Below are positions 1 through 12,040 of a DNA stretch of 64,000 nt, one piece after another. The position numbers and the translations under genes are program-made. Source of the DNA: Azolla caroliniana (taxonomy: Eukaryota; Plantae; Polypodiophyta); the NCBI GenBank assembly GCA_043228905.1, contig JBHGNT010000020.1, positions 9,796,001-9,860,000 of the forward strand. The letters are read 5' to 3'. Within the stretch, counting starts at the first letter, position 1. The number at the start of each line of letters is the position of its first letter. The notes under the pieces are model-generated. The model had not been told where the DNA came from. It saw only the letters and a list, made by a program, of their open reading frames with translations, and did not search any database.

Positions 1-1483
1 GGGAACGAGGTGACGGGTGCCTAGTGGACTGCACAGGGTCGGAGTTAGGGGATGGCAAGAGAGGCCGGAGGAAGATCCTCCACACTCGCTTCGTAGATCT
101 CGGAAGCTCCGTCGAAGTAGCGACAGCAAGCCCGGGGTGACAAGCTGGTGGGGGCGAGGGAACGACGGCAAACGGAAGACTCAGGACCTGTTGCAGCAGC
201 ACGAAGACGGGAAGGGCCAAGTGGGCTAGTATGGGGTGTTCCTCGGGTGCGAAGGACACTAGTATGCGGGTGAGCGGCAATGCGCGATTTGGCTGGGAAA
301 CGGGCCGACAATGCGTGCAATGAACCGGAGTACGGCACAGGCAGTGCCAAACAACGGACGAGGGTATGTGGCACACAGAGGTGCCGGAGCGGAAAGGCAA
401 GCGCGGAGATGGGTTGCGCGGTTCGGAGGCAGCGCGTAGAAGGCCAAAAAAGGGTCCTCCACACCGTTCCGGAGACCATGGCGGTTCGAGCCGACGCGGC
501 GATGTAAGACCATGGAGAAGGAAGGTGGTGGTGAGAGGACGAAGGCAACGCGAAACAACATGGGACGACAATCAGGACAACACGAATGGTCAACGGAGGC
601 CAAGCGGGCCACTATGGGCATTCCTCAACGGAGGACATCAGGCATACGGCGGGGAGCGGGGCGTGCATACGGCCAAACAAGGGCTAGCGGAAGTACGCGT
701 ACTACGGAGATCGCGGTGAAGGACCCATCGACGGGTCGAACGAGCCTACGAAGAGGTAAGCGCGAAGGAAGAACCGAAGCCGACGGATCAAACCGGCAAC
801 GAGTCGGGATGCGGATTACGAAAGACCGGTTTCTCACCGGTCGAAATCTCTCACCCTTCACCGGAATTGGTACGTACCGGTGGACGTGTGGTTAGGTGCG
901 GGCGGATGTCGTGAAGAATTTCGTCCAGAGGTGGAAACCGGGAAACATTGGCTACATCGGCGGGGTGTAGCATGTGTGCTCACCCTTGTACATTTAGTGT
1001 GAATAACGAGGGCGCCTTTATGGCGCCGAAGAGTAGTCAAGTTGGGACAGACGATCCCATGTAAGTCGGGATTTATCCCACATTGTAACGCATCCCTCTC
1101 CTTGTTCTATAAAAGGAAGGGAGCGCCCTTTGTGAAGGGGTTGCCCATTTTGCGTTAGAGGGTATACCGTTAGATTTAGGGTTAGTTACATTTCTTCTTC
1201 TTCTTCTTCTTCTTCTTCTTCCCCCTTCGTGTTTTGCTTAGGCTTTGCTTTGGCTCGGCCTCCTGTGCAAGACCCCGCTCGGCGCGACGAGCCGAGAGCT
1301 CCCCGACGGCGGCTTGACAGCAGACGACTATTGTAACCTACCTTGGTCCAGCTTGAAGCCGGGAATGTATTCTTCCTTTTATATACATACATTTGTGTCT
1401 TTTTGTGTATATTCGCGTCTCTGTTGGTGTCGGGTGCTTCCCCTTTCCTGCGTTTCCTGTACATAAGGGCGTGAGTCGGGTCG

Positions 1484-1520
<37 letters not shown>

Positions 1521-1693
1521 AGTCAGTGTCAAGCGCGCGCTCCCTCTCTTTCTCTCTCTCCCTTCGGTTGCTTCCGGTGTTCTTCTGGGATGCCCCGGAA
1601 ATGGTGAAGTATGACTTCCTACGCTCTGTCACTCCCTAGTCCAAGACCCCTGTGGTCCCGCCTTTCTCCACGCACGCGCATAACAACGGGACA
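1..1693 (+). mobile_element. 3' part of a probably non-autonomous Ty3/Gypsy element (TGTCGTGAAGA group, LTR type A), truncated by the window start and nested in Copia-1
   Basis: Internal sequence ~197-400 matches ~24396-24600 of the element at 21071-25500. A PPT-like GGTTAGGTGCGGGCGGA directly precedes the LTR at 907. The LTR is followed by ACGC and then Copia gag-pol sequence. Confidence 0.85.
907..1693 (+). repeat. 3' LTR, type A (TGTCGTGAAG...AACGGGACA, 787 bp)
   Basis: TG...CA ends; similar over its whole length to 21071-21820 and 24749-25500; TATA-like CTATAAAA followed by (TTC)n, (TG)n and (TC)n tracts. Confidence 0.9.
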
Positions 1694-3976
1694 ACGCGCA
1701 CAATTCCGAATACGAAGAGTATAGCGGAATGTACGGGCACAACTCCGACTATGAAGATCGTGGTGGAATGTATGCACACAACTCCGACCGTGGCGGAATG
1801 TTCATGATGAAACATAGAGCAAACTCTATGTCGGCCTCTACCTCAACTAGTGCCCTCAATCCGAAGGACGTATGGTTTGTTGACTCCTGAGCCTCAAACC
1901 ATATGACATCTCATAAAGAATGTTTTGTTGAAGTTCGAGAGCCGGAGCGACCTGGTTATGTCCAAACCGGAGATGACACTACGCACCCAATTCGGCACAT
2001 CGGCAATGTTCCGTTCGGCGAAAGAGGTAAGCAAACATACATTAAAAATGTCTTGCATGTTCCCACCATCACGAAGAATTTGGTCTCGGTCGGCCAAATG
2101 GTTGAGCAAGGGATACAAGTACAATTCGACCAAGAAGGGTGCTTCATCGAAAAAGAGGGTCGAATCATCGCCCGTGGAAGAAGAGAGGGCCGAATGTGCA
2201 TTCTCGATTCACACGAGATGAAATCCGCCATGTTCGCAAAAAGCACGAAAGCCGACTCCGACATAGAGCTATGGCACAAGCGAATCGGGCACATCAATCT
2301 CAACAAACTCAAAGCAATGAAATCAAAAGGAGTTGTCATCGGACTCCCGATATTCAAAGAGAAGGAGATTGAAGGTGTATGTGAAGCGTGCCAATTCGGC
2401 AAGCAACACCGATACCCATTCCCGAAAGAGCGGAACGTGAACAAAGGTCTACTCGACGTAGTCCATTCCGACGTATGGGGAACGGCACAGACGGCTACAT
2501 TTGGCGGATGCCGATATTACGTGCTTTTCATCGATGACTTCTCCAGACGCACTTGGATCTACTCGATGCGGTAAAAGAGCGAAGTGTTCGGACACTTCCA
2601 AAAATTCAACAATGAAGTCGAGAAAGCCACGGGCCGACATGTACGATGACTTCGATCGGATGGCGGCAAGGAGTACTTCTCGAACGATTCGGCGAGAATT
2701 CACTTGCCGAAAAACTCCGCAATAAAACAGAGTAGCCGAGCGCAAATATTGGCACATCCTTGAAGTAGCGTGGGCCGATGTCGTGAAGATTTTCAGCAAT
2801 GGTGTGAAAATCACATAAAACGTACAAAATCAAGTGTCAATCATATAAAACAATAATAGTGAATACACTAATTCTAAGTAAGTTTAATATCTTAGTATAA
2901 AAGACGAAGATCTTGAAGAGGTGCACTTTATTACATAAGAAACGGACATCTAAGTGTCAACTTATGTGGGTAAGAAGTTGCGAAAGAAAAAGAGAAAATT
3001 ATGAGATATCCCACATAGACAGGACGAATAAGGCTCTCACCATATATAAGGTGGAGCAAAAGTTATTATCTTTGTGTCTATGTATGGAGCATAGAGAGGT
3101 CAAGGTAACTTGAACTAAGAGTAGAGGTGGCCTAACTACTTGTAAAGGTTTTGGCCAACCAAAACCCGACCGGCAATGACTGGCATTCGGCAAAAGTTAC
3201 CTTGACCTCTCTATGCTCCATACATAGACACCAAAAGTTATTATCTTTGTGTCTATGTATGGAGCATAGAGAGGTCAAGGTAACTTGAACTAAGAGTAGA
3301 GGTGGCCTAACTACTTGTAAAGGTTTTGGCCAACCAAAACCCGACCGGCAATGACTGGCATCCGGCAAACCGACGACCAAATTAATAAATAAATATCACA
3401 TATATATATACAAGGAGGGCAAGTGAGAATTCAAACCTTGCACTTCATAGTGAAGAGTCAATAGGCTTACCACTAAGCCATGACATTTAATTGAATTTAT
3501 ATTTCTATCAAATTTACTTTTACATATAAATTCTCATACATGAGAGCTAAAATGAGTGACATGGTTATCATGCACCACATGTAATACATGAGCGCCAAAT
3601 GGCAAACATGCATTTTATGCATGTCTTGAACCCTCAAATGCATGAGGGCATCTATAAAAGAGGGAATAAAAAATATCAATGGAGATTCTTGGATAAAAAA
3701 AAAAGCTTTGTACTTTAAATCAAAATTAATATTAAGAAGAAAATTCGTTATCCTTTGGATGATATACCTTGTTCTTGAAATCTAAAGTCAAGAGTTCTTA
3801 ATCTCTCTCACAATCTAAAATCAAGCGTTCTATCTTATCTCAATCTCTCTCTTTCAATCTATCTTAATTCCTTTCCCGCTAAAGCTTGCGCCAACTTCGA
3901 GTCCTTCCGGTCCAGAACCCCAGCGGTTCCGCCTCACGATCCGCGCGTAGTGACGGATCTTCACGACATAATTAAG

Positions 3977-3994
3977 TGGTGAACCCGACGTGAA
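3977..3994 (+). promoter_or_regulatory. Primer-binding site complementary to the 3' end of tRNA-Trp (TGGTGAACCCGACGTGAA); second copy at 6687-6704
   Basis: Reverse complement of ...TTCACGTCGGGTTCACCA, the plant cytosolic tRNA-Trp 3' end as I recall it. Lies 8 nt (TAATTAAG) after the LTR end. Confidence 0.8.
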
Positions 3995-4029
3995 AGAGGC
4001 GGTAGGAAGGATCAAGCCGAGATTAATAC

Positions 4030-6147
4030 TTGGAGATGGCGTCCTTAAGCAACCAAGCGGGAGAGCTCGAAAGGATGATGTTAATCGTCGAGCAAATGAT
4101 GAGATCTCGGGACGACGACGCGAGCGTGGAGAAGGCTGTCGATTGTGTCGTAAAGCTCGAGGGCCAATTCGATGGAAGGAACGTTACGAAGTTCCTTGAC
4201 ACATATAGAAGGGAGATGAATAAGAGGGACGTATCTGAAGCACGTAAAATCGCAAGCTTCAAGAGAGTTGTCACCAACAACATCCAAAGACGCGTCATCG
4301 AGCTTCAAGAAGGTAAGACAACATGGTCCGAGTTCGAGAAAACGATACCAGCGGAGTTCGTGACTGAAGACTCAACGAGGATGACTCGACATGCCCTGAT
4401 GAAGTGGATAGAGAAGAAGAATAAGAAGATGCGTGCCTCGAGGGTGTACGACGAATTCGACCAGATGTTTAGTCGTCTCCCCAACACAGACCAAGTGTTG
4501 CTTGAAGAGGACAAGACTTTGTACTTCTTGAAGGCCGTGGACATGAAGGATAGACGGGAGTTGGGGACTCTCCTCGAAGATGATACCCAAGCGAACGGGC
4601 TTGTGGCGGATTGGGTTGCAGTGAAGCAAGCATGCAACAAGATCGATAGACGTCATCGATGGCTTGATGGTATTGACTTGGAAAGGCCGATCACAGAGAA
4701 AGCAAAACCATCCAAAGAAGTAGAGATGCCTAAACAATGCATGCAACATGAAAAGAAGATTGATGATGAGTCGAGGACGATGACGACCATTTCAAAGGAG
4801 GACAAATGTTTCAAAACATGCGTCGTGTTTGAAACAAAGAATGATGAAGGAGCAAGCTTAATCGAAGCTTGCATTAAAGGAGATAAAGAGTGCGAGATCG
4901 ACATGATAGAGGATCTAGCCACTAAAATCGAGGAGGTGGCTATGATCAAGACAACAAGAGTCGACAACGACTATGGCGAGATTTTCTCTGCACCTACACT
5001 AGAGACTTGGACAGTTGCGTCCACTAACCAACGTGAGACCCAAGAGACGGGAGGTGGCAGCGAAGAACCAGAGGTCGAAGCTAAAGAGAGAAGGATAATC
5101 GAATCTTGTTCGATCAAGAGAGTTAATGGGTGTGAGGCCCATAAGATTGAAGAGATAGCCACGAAAAACGACATCGAGTCGGAGAGGGCTATGAACGAGT
5201 CAATGGCGATCGGTCCTATTGAGACTTTCCCACTACTAACTCCAGAGACTTCGGCGGTTGCGATCGAAAGGCAACGTGAGACCGAAGAGACGGAAGATGG
5301 AGGAGAGACAATAAAGATCAAAGCCGATGTATATGATGAAGAGATAGCCGAGAAGGAGGCTATGGACGAAACGACGGAGGAAAGTAATACTAAGGAATCT
5401 GGCCCACTAATTCTAGAGACTTTGGTGGTTGTGTCCGAGAACCAACGTGAGACCGGAGAGACGGATGGTGGCAAAAAGGAAGAGAAGGACAAAGATAGTA
5501 TAGACAATGACGACGACCAAATTTCCTCCACAGTCTTTCCAGAGACTTGGGCAATTGCGTTCGAGAATCGGTGTAAGACCCAAGAGATGGGAGGTGATGG
5601 CGAAGAACCAAAAGCCGAAACTAATACATACGGCAAAAGACGGAACCTGGCGGCGAGGAAGCAAAGGTCAATGCTGATTCGCACAACGACGGCAAGGAGG
5701 CAAAGATCAATGCTGATTCAAGAAACATTAAGATGGAAATGGCTAAGTGCGGCACGAAAAAGGCAAACGACGGAAATGTATGGGTTCCTCCACACTCTTT
5801 CCAAAGACTTGGGCTTTAACCGATGTAAGACCCAAGAGAAGGATAGTGACGGGGAAGAAGTAAGGGTTAAAGCTAATGCGTGCAACGAAGAATTTGTGCA
5901 AAATATGGCAAGGGATAGCGATGGCCAAGCGAGCCATGAGGATTTGACGGATGTGATCAAAACATCTATCAAAGACACTGTTGTGAATGAGTCCAAGTGC
6001 CTTGAGCAAGGAGATGATCGAGACAAAGGTGGTACATTTATGAGACTTAAACGATTATCCTTAAGAAGGGAGCAAGGGGCCATGACAACAAGTCATGGTA
6101 AAGCAAAGAAAAGACGAATGATATGGTGGATTGGCTGGCAACCATGA
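4030..6147 (+). CDS. Gag-like protein (capsid-like N-terminal ~210 aa plus long acidic repeat tail); no zinc knuckle, protease, RT or integrase
   Basis: Starts just after the PBS and ends just before the PPT. The N-terminus (FDGRNVTKFLDTY...LLEDDTQANGLVADW) aligns by eye with the pseudo-ORF at 21841 (FNGDRVPSYLEA...ELEDDDGANGLTED). Confidence 0.75.
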   Translation: MEMASLSNQAGELERMMLIVEQMMRSRDDDASVEKAVDCVVKLEGQFDGRNVTKFLDTYRREMNKRDVSEARKIASFKRVVTNNIQRRVIELQEGKTTWSEFEKTIPAEFVTEDSTRMTRHALMKWIEKKNKKMRASRVYDEFDQMFSRLPNTDQVLLEEDKTLYFLKAVDMKDRRELGTLLEDDTQANGLVADWVAVKQACNKIDRRHRWLDGIDLERPITEKAKPSKEVEMPKQCMQHEKKIDDESRTMTTISKEDKCFKTCVVFETKNDEGASLIEACIKGDKECEIDMIEDLATKIEEVAMIKTTRVDNDYGEIFSAPTLETWTVASTNQRETQETGGGSEEPEVEAKERRIIESCSIKRVNGCEAHKIEEIATKNDIESERAMNESMAIGPIETFPLLTPETSAVAIERQRETEETEDGGETIKIKADVYDEEIAEKEAMDETTEESNTKESGPLILETLVVVSENQRETGETDGGKKEEKDKDSIDNDDDQISSTVFPETWAIAFENRCKTQEMGGDGEEPKAETNTYGKRRNLAARKQRSMLIRTTTARRQRSMLIQETLRWKWLSAARKRQTTEMYGFLHTLSKDLGFNRCKTQEKDSDGEEVRVKANACNEEFVQNMARDSDGQASHEDLTDVIKTSIKDTVVNESKCLEQGDDRDKGGTFMRLKRLSLRREQGAMTTSHGKAKKRRMIWWIGWQP

Positions 6148-7733
6148 TTTGAGTGCAAATGAAAGGACATGCTCGACGTGGAGTCATGCTGATCACCATT
6201 GCCGAAATCTCACATTCTCTCTTCTTGGCACGTACCGGAGGATGTGCGGTTTGGTGGGGGTGGATGTCGTGAAGATTTTCGGCAATGGTGTGAAAATCAC
6301 ATAAAACGTACAAAATCAAGTGTCAATCATATAAAACAATAATAGTGAATACACTAATTCTAAGTAAGTTTAATATCTTAGTATAAAAGACGAAGACCTT
6401 GAAGAGGTGCACTTTACTATATAAGAAACGGACATCTAATATTAAGAAGAAAATTCGTTATCCTTTGGATGATATACCTTGTTCTTGAAATCTAAAGTCA
6501 AGAGTTCTTAATCTCTCTCTCAATCTAAAATAAAGCGTTCTATCTTATCTCAATCTCTCTCTTTCAATCTATCTTAATTCCTTTCCCGCTAAAGCTTGCG
6601 CCAACTTCGAGTCCTTCCGGTCCAGAACCCCGGCGGTTCCGCTTCACGATCCGCGCATAGTGACGGATCTTCACGACATAATTAAGTGGTGAACCCGACA
6701 TGAAAGAGGTGGTAGGAAGGATCGAGCCGAGATTAATACTTGGCGTCCTCAAGCAACCAAATGGGAGAGCTCGAAAGGATGATGCTAATCATCGAGCAAA
6801 TGATGAGATCTCGGGACAACGACGCGAGCGTGGAGAAGGCTGTCGATCGTGTCGTAAAGCTCGAGGGCCAATTCGATGGAAGGAACGTTACGAAGTTCCT
6901 TGACACATATAGAAGGGAGATGAATAAGAGGGACGTGTCCAAAGCACGTAAAATCGCAAGCTTCAAGAGAGTTGTCGCCAACAACATCCAAAGATGCGTC
7001 ATCGAGCTTCAAGAAGGTAAGACAACATGGTCCGAGTTCGAGAAAACGATACTAGCGGAGTTTGCGACTGAAGACTCAACGACGATGACTTGACATGCCC
7101 TTTGGATAATATACCTTGTTCTTGAAATCTAAAGTCAAGAGTTCTTAATCTCTCTCTCAATCTAAAATCAAGCATTCTATCTTATCGCAATCTCTCTCTT
7201 TCAATCTATCTTAATTCCTTTCCCGCTAAAGCTTGCACCAACTTCGAGTCCTTCCAGTCCAGAACCCTGACGGTTCCGCCTCACGATCTGCGCGTAGTGA
7301 CGGATCTTCATGACACCGTGATGAACGAGAAGCATATACCCAAGTCATATTAGGCCGAAGCTGCAAATACGATCCTCTACGTAATGAACCGTTGCACAAC
7401 ATCTGGTGTGCACGAGGTCACTCCGCACGAAAAATACTTCGGAAAGAAGGCGAACTTATCGCACACCCAGATATTCGGCGCGATAGCGTATGTGCACATC
7501 CCCGACGAGAAGCGTCAAAAGCTCGATCCGATGTCGAAGAAATGTATCCTCGTAGGATAGTCATTGGAGCAAAAGGGGTACAAGTGCAACAACCCCTCAA
7601 CTCGAAAATCTCGAGTAAGTCGAGACGTCGTTTCTGACGAGTCCGCATCCTGGTACGCAGCAGGGACAACTCCGACTTCGACTCCGAGGATGAAGATCGC
7701 CTCACGACCCGACTAAGCGGACTACAAGAGCCT

Positions 7734-8924
7734 TTGAGCAATCAAAGCACATCACGGCCTAGCCCGAGAATGGACAAAGGCAAGGCAAAAATGGCGGAAT
7801 ACGCAGACGATTGCTTCAACGACGATGAGTCGACTCACTCACTGGACAGTGAGTTCGGCGGCTTCGATGTACCAATCGGAGCCAAGAAAGCCATCATCTC
7901 TGCAAATGAAAAGCTCCGTCGCTCCACCCGTGAAAAGAATCCGGTGAGCCAATTCGGCTACAACGACTATATGGCATACCATTATGCCTTTATGATGAAG
8001 GTGGTGACAGTACGCGAGCCGGAAACATTTTCCGAAGCAGCCAAGGATCCGCGATGGATCGAAACCATGAACGTGGAGATGCAAGCACTACGCAAGAATG
8101 AGACATGGGATCTCGTTCCCACCTCACCGCACAAAAAGGCGATCCGATGCAGATGGATTTACAAAGTGAAGTACAACGCCGACGGTTCCGTCAACCGCTA
8201 CAAAGCGCGACTCGTAGCGAAAGGCTACAGCCAAACACACGGAGTTGACTACGAGGAGACCTTTGCCGTGGTGGCAAAGATGACGACGGTACGGACCGTA
8301 ATCGCGCTTGCCGCGGCGAAAGGGTGGCACCTCCATCAAATGGACGTCAAGAACGCCTTTCTACAAGGCGAATTAGAAGAGGTGTACATGATACAACCAC
8401 CCGGCTTCGAATTGCGCATTCATCCAAATTTTGTATGCAAACTCAAGAAGCCACTCTACCGCCTCAAGCAAGCACCACGTGCTTGGCATTCGAAGATAAC
8501 GCAATATCTTCATCAAATCGGCTTCCGTATGTCAAAATCGGACAACTCCCTCTACATACGAAGCGATTCCGCAAGTCCGCTCGTCATCATCTTATATGTG
8601 GATGACCTAGTCATTGGAGGTGAGCATCTCGTCGAAATCAATAAGGTCAAATCCCTCCTTTCCGACAAGTTCGAGATGACGAACATGAAGGAGCTCCACT
8701 ACTTCCTCGGCATCGAGGTAATTCGGACTCCGACCAGAATCATGATCTCTCAATGGCACTACATCCTCAACTTGTTATACAAGTTCGGGATCATTGAGTG
8801 CAAATCCGCGGAAACCCCGCTCGATTGCAATCTCAAACTAGATGCGAACTCCAGCACCAAAGCGTGTGAGCCGACTCAGTATCGGCAACTCATCAGGATT
8901 GTCATCTACCTCACGATCACATGA
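7734..8924 (+). pseudogene. Copia-1 reverse transcriptase fragment
   Basis: [24 protein letters not shown] and LYVDD motifs; ends at a premature TGA. Confidence 0.9.
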
Positions 8925-9814
8925 CCCGATCTCAGTTATTCGATCGGTCTCCTTAGTCAATTCATGCAAACACCACGTGATACTCACTTTGATTGCGCTA
9001 AGCGAGTTCTACAATACGTGAGCGGCACAATGGATTGTGGCATTCTCTACAAGACCGTGATGCCAATACGACTCGAGGGGTGCATAGACGCCGATTGGGC
9101 CGGCTACAAAGCCAATAGAAGATCAACCTCCGGATTCGTTTTCTCCCTCGGCAGCGGAGCAATATCCTGGAGGAGCAAAAGGCAACCAACCGTCGCTCTT
9201 TCGAGCACAGAGGCAAAATACCGGGGTCCGGCAGTGGCCGCATGTGAAGCCGTATGGCTCAAAAGGATACTCAAGGATTTGGGCGTACCCGTCAAGGATC
9301 CGACTCCCCTTTACTGCGACAACATCAGCAATATCTATCTGGCTCGGAACTCGGTGTTCCGTGCGTGGACAAAGCCCATCGAAGTGCATTATCACTTCAT
9401 CCGAGAGCGCGTTCTAGCTGGCGATGTTGACCTACAACACATTAGCAAAAATCTTCAAACGGCCAACATCTTCACTAAAGTCTTAGGAGCCGACAATCTG
9501 TGGCAATTCATGACCGATCTCGGATTGACGATCCCTGACCTGCCAAGTTTGAGGGGGAGTACGCAAGACACTACGCAATAACGTGTGGATTCTGCAACCA
9601 CGCAAGACACTACGGCGTGGATTCCACAACCGCGCAACGAAGCCGCGAAGAAAGACGCAAGCCGAAGCACAGACTTCGCAACTACGCACAACACAAGCTA
9701 GAGCACGGATTCTGCAACTCCACATAAATGCGAGTCAACCCGGACTCTGGAACGCGAGTCGAAGCGGATTTCGGATACCGTCTAAAACCGACCCGACTTG
9801 AGCTTGAGGGGGCG

Positions 9815-10206
9815 TGTTGAGAATCAAGCTCAACTTGTTCTAATGTGTGAACTCACCTTGAGAGTGAATAGACACTCCAACAGTCAAGAGTCACCATTAT
9901 GTCACCTCTTTATATTCTAGCATTTAGTATGAGTCATAGAATCATATTCTATGACACATAACTTATGAGCTTTCACATTCCCCATGCTCCATGAGTCTTG
10001 TAGTTAATGAAGAGAGAGGGTGACTATATAAAGCACCCTCCTCCCACCTTGTATTTTGTCAAGTCTTTCTCCTTTGTTAATATACTTACCTTGCATATAC
10101 TCTGTGTCTTACTCCTCGTCTCTCTCATTCTCTCTCTCTCTCTCATACACACACACACACAATCCACACCTATTCCGCTACACAAGAATCTTACACATTC
10201 TTTACA
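9815..10206 (+). repeat. Copia-1 3' LTR (TGTTGAGAATC...CTTTACA, 392 bp)
   Basis: Follows the PPT TTGAGGGGGCG; TG...CA ends; TATATAAA followed by (TC)n/(CA)n. Its start resembles the reversed LTR ending at 34486. Confidence 0.85.
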
Positions 10207-12040
10207 GGATAAATGCAGGTATTTTTGGAGAAGTCGTCCATGAATGTTACGTAGTATCAACAACCACCGAATGTTGCCGTTTGGGCTGGTTCCCATACAT
10301 CTAAATGTATTACATCCAGGATCCCTTTGCTTATGTTCCTCACTTTTGGGAACGGTTGTCAGAATTGTTTGCCGAATTGGCAAGCTTTGCACACGCTTGT
10401 AATTTCCTTTTCGGTGAGGGTCGGGAGTCTGATGACGGCTCCTTTCGATTGCATTTCTTTGAGCTTTTGGAGATTGATGTGGCCTATCCTCTTGTGCCAC
10501 GGCTCTATCTCGGCGTTGACTCTCTGACCCTTGGCATACATTGCTGAGTTCATCTCGTGGGAGTTGAGGATGAACATCCGACATTCTCTCCGATCGGGAG
10601 CAATAAGTCAACCTTTTTTCCGATGAAGCATCCTCTATCGTTGGAGCTGACTTGTATGCCTTGTTCGACTATCTGGCCAATTGAGACCATGTTCTTTGTT
10701 ATTGTAGGAACATGCAGAACGTTCTTGATGTAGGTTTGGTTGCCTTCTTCCCCAAATGGGACATTGCCGACATGCTAAATGGGGTGAATTGTGTCATCCC
10801 CAGTTTCCGCATAGCCGGGTCATTCGGGATTTCGTAACTCCTTCAACCAATCCTCATGGGATGTCATGTGAATGGATGCATCCGAGTTGACAAACCATAC
10901 ATCTTCTAGTTTGGAGGTGTTGGTCGGGTTGGAGGTTGTCATGGAGTTCGCTATGTGCCTCATCACAAACATTCCACCATGATTGTCGTAGTCGGAGTTC
11001 GAGACGTAGTTTGTGAGTTGTTGGCTTGTGGAGGCTAACTCACTCTTCTTCTTCTGACACTCTACCTCATAGTGGCTGAATTTACCACATTATCCCCAAT
11101 GGGTGGGATTTTTTGGTCGGCTGGATCCGACTTGATTGCTCCCTCTTCTTCCGGACACTCCGCCTCACGCGTTCGAAACGTCTTGTCCATAGTAGAGGTT
11201 ATGTTCTCGGGGTTGCTCTTGGTTGTGTCGTCCTTGGCCAAATCGGCCTCTTCCTCCACGACCTTGTCCTCTTTCTCCATTGAAATGTCTTGTCCGTAGT
11301 AGAAGTTATGTTCTCGGGGTTGCTCTAATTTTTCAACTGGATGCCAACCAGCATTTGTCCTTCTTGCGCATTGCCTCTTGTTCCAACATGGTTCTCCTCG
11401 ACAAGTAGCATCGACTAGAGATCAAAGGAGGAGGGAGGATTCTCCCTCGCAAGGATAGCTGACTGAATGGGTCCGAACCGAGGTGCCAAGCCTCCGAGGC
11501 AAATCTACACCATTTCATTGTCGTCAATGCTAACAATGATCGACCCAAGGGAATAGCACAACTCCTTGATCTTCAAGGTGTAGCTGCCGATTGACATGTC
11601 CCTCTGTTGTATACCATTCAACTCTTGAGAAAGTTGAAACTTTCGTGCCGTCGTATTGGCGGCAAATATCTTCTTGAGATTCTCCCAAGCTTCCTTTGGC
11701 GGCTTGGCTCCTCGGATGTAGTCGAGCATGTGGTCATGGACGTCTAATGCAAGGCAATACAACACACGACTCGCCGCTTGCTCCCAAGCTGCAGTCAGCA
11801 TGTGTTGGGTTGGGTTGATTTTCGTTTGCTCCTTCGACATAACTCCAATAGCCTTGTCTGACAAGGTATTGGTGCATCTTGTACTCCCAAGATGCAAAGT
11901 TGTTTCTATCAAGCTTCTTGGTAGGAATAGCGCTTCCCATCTCAGTGTTCAGTGTTGAACTTCTTCTTCTTCTCCTCTTTGATACGAATTGTGTAGGTTT
12001 CTATTACAGTGATCAACTTGTTCTTTCCAAACACAGGATT
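10207..12040 (-). mobile_element. Copia-2: degenerate Ty1/Copia 5' half (gag, protease, GAG-pre-integrase), host of Copia-1 and Copia-3
   Basis: MGSAIPTKKLDRNNFASWEYKMHQY gag start at 11940; WHKRIGHINLQKL...CKACQFGKQ at 10359-10577; many stops and frameshifts. Confidence 0.85.

Larger units (their letters stand above)
2779..7315 (+). mobile_element. Gag-only non-autonomous Ty3/Gypsy (LTR type B) with a three-LTR tandem structure
   Basis: LTR1 2779-3968 has 12-bp terminal inverted repeats (TGTCGTGAAGAT...ATCTTCACGACA). It is followed by a PBS, a 705-aa ORF, a PPT, LTR2 6265-6678 (internally deleted), a second PBS with the gag 5' end, and a partial LTR3 ~7100-7315. Flanks are CCGA/CCGT. Confidence 0.9.
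1694..10206 (+). mobile_element. Copia-1: degenerate Ty1/Copia (protease-integrase-RT-RNase H plus 3' LTR), interrupted by the Gypsy satellite at 2779-7315
   Basis: WFVDS*ASNHM protease, LWHKRIGH...CEACQFGKQH GAG-pre-integrase and VHSDVWG integrase (1903-2574). RT with [17 protein letters not shown] and LYVDD (7734-8924). RNase H DADWAG...STEA (8964-9581). Sequence is collinear across the 2779-7315 insertion. Confidence 0.92.

Noticed and set aside
4030-6147. Envelope-like gene or domesticated host gene
   Set aside because: No signal peptide or transmembrane segment. It occupies the gag position between PBS and PPT, inside LTRs with a TSD.
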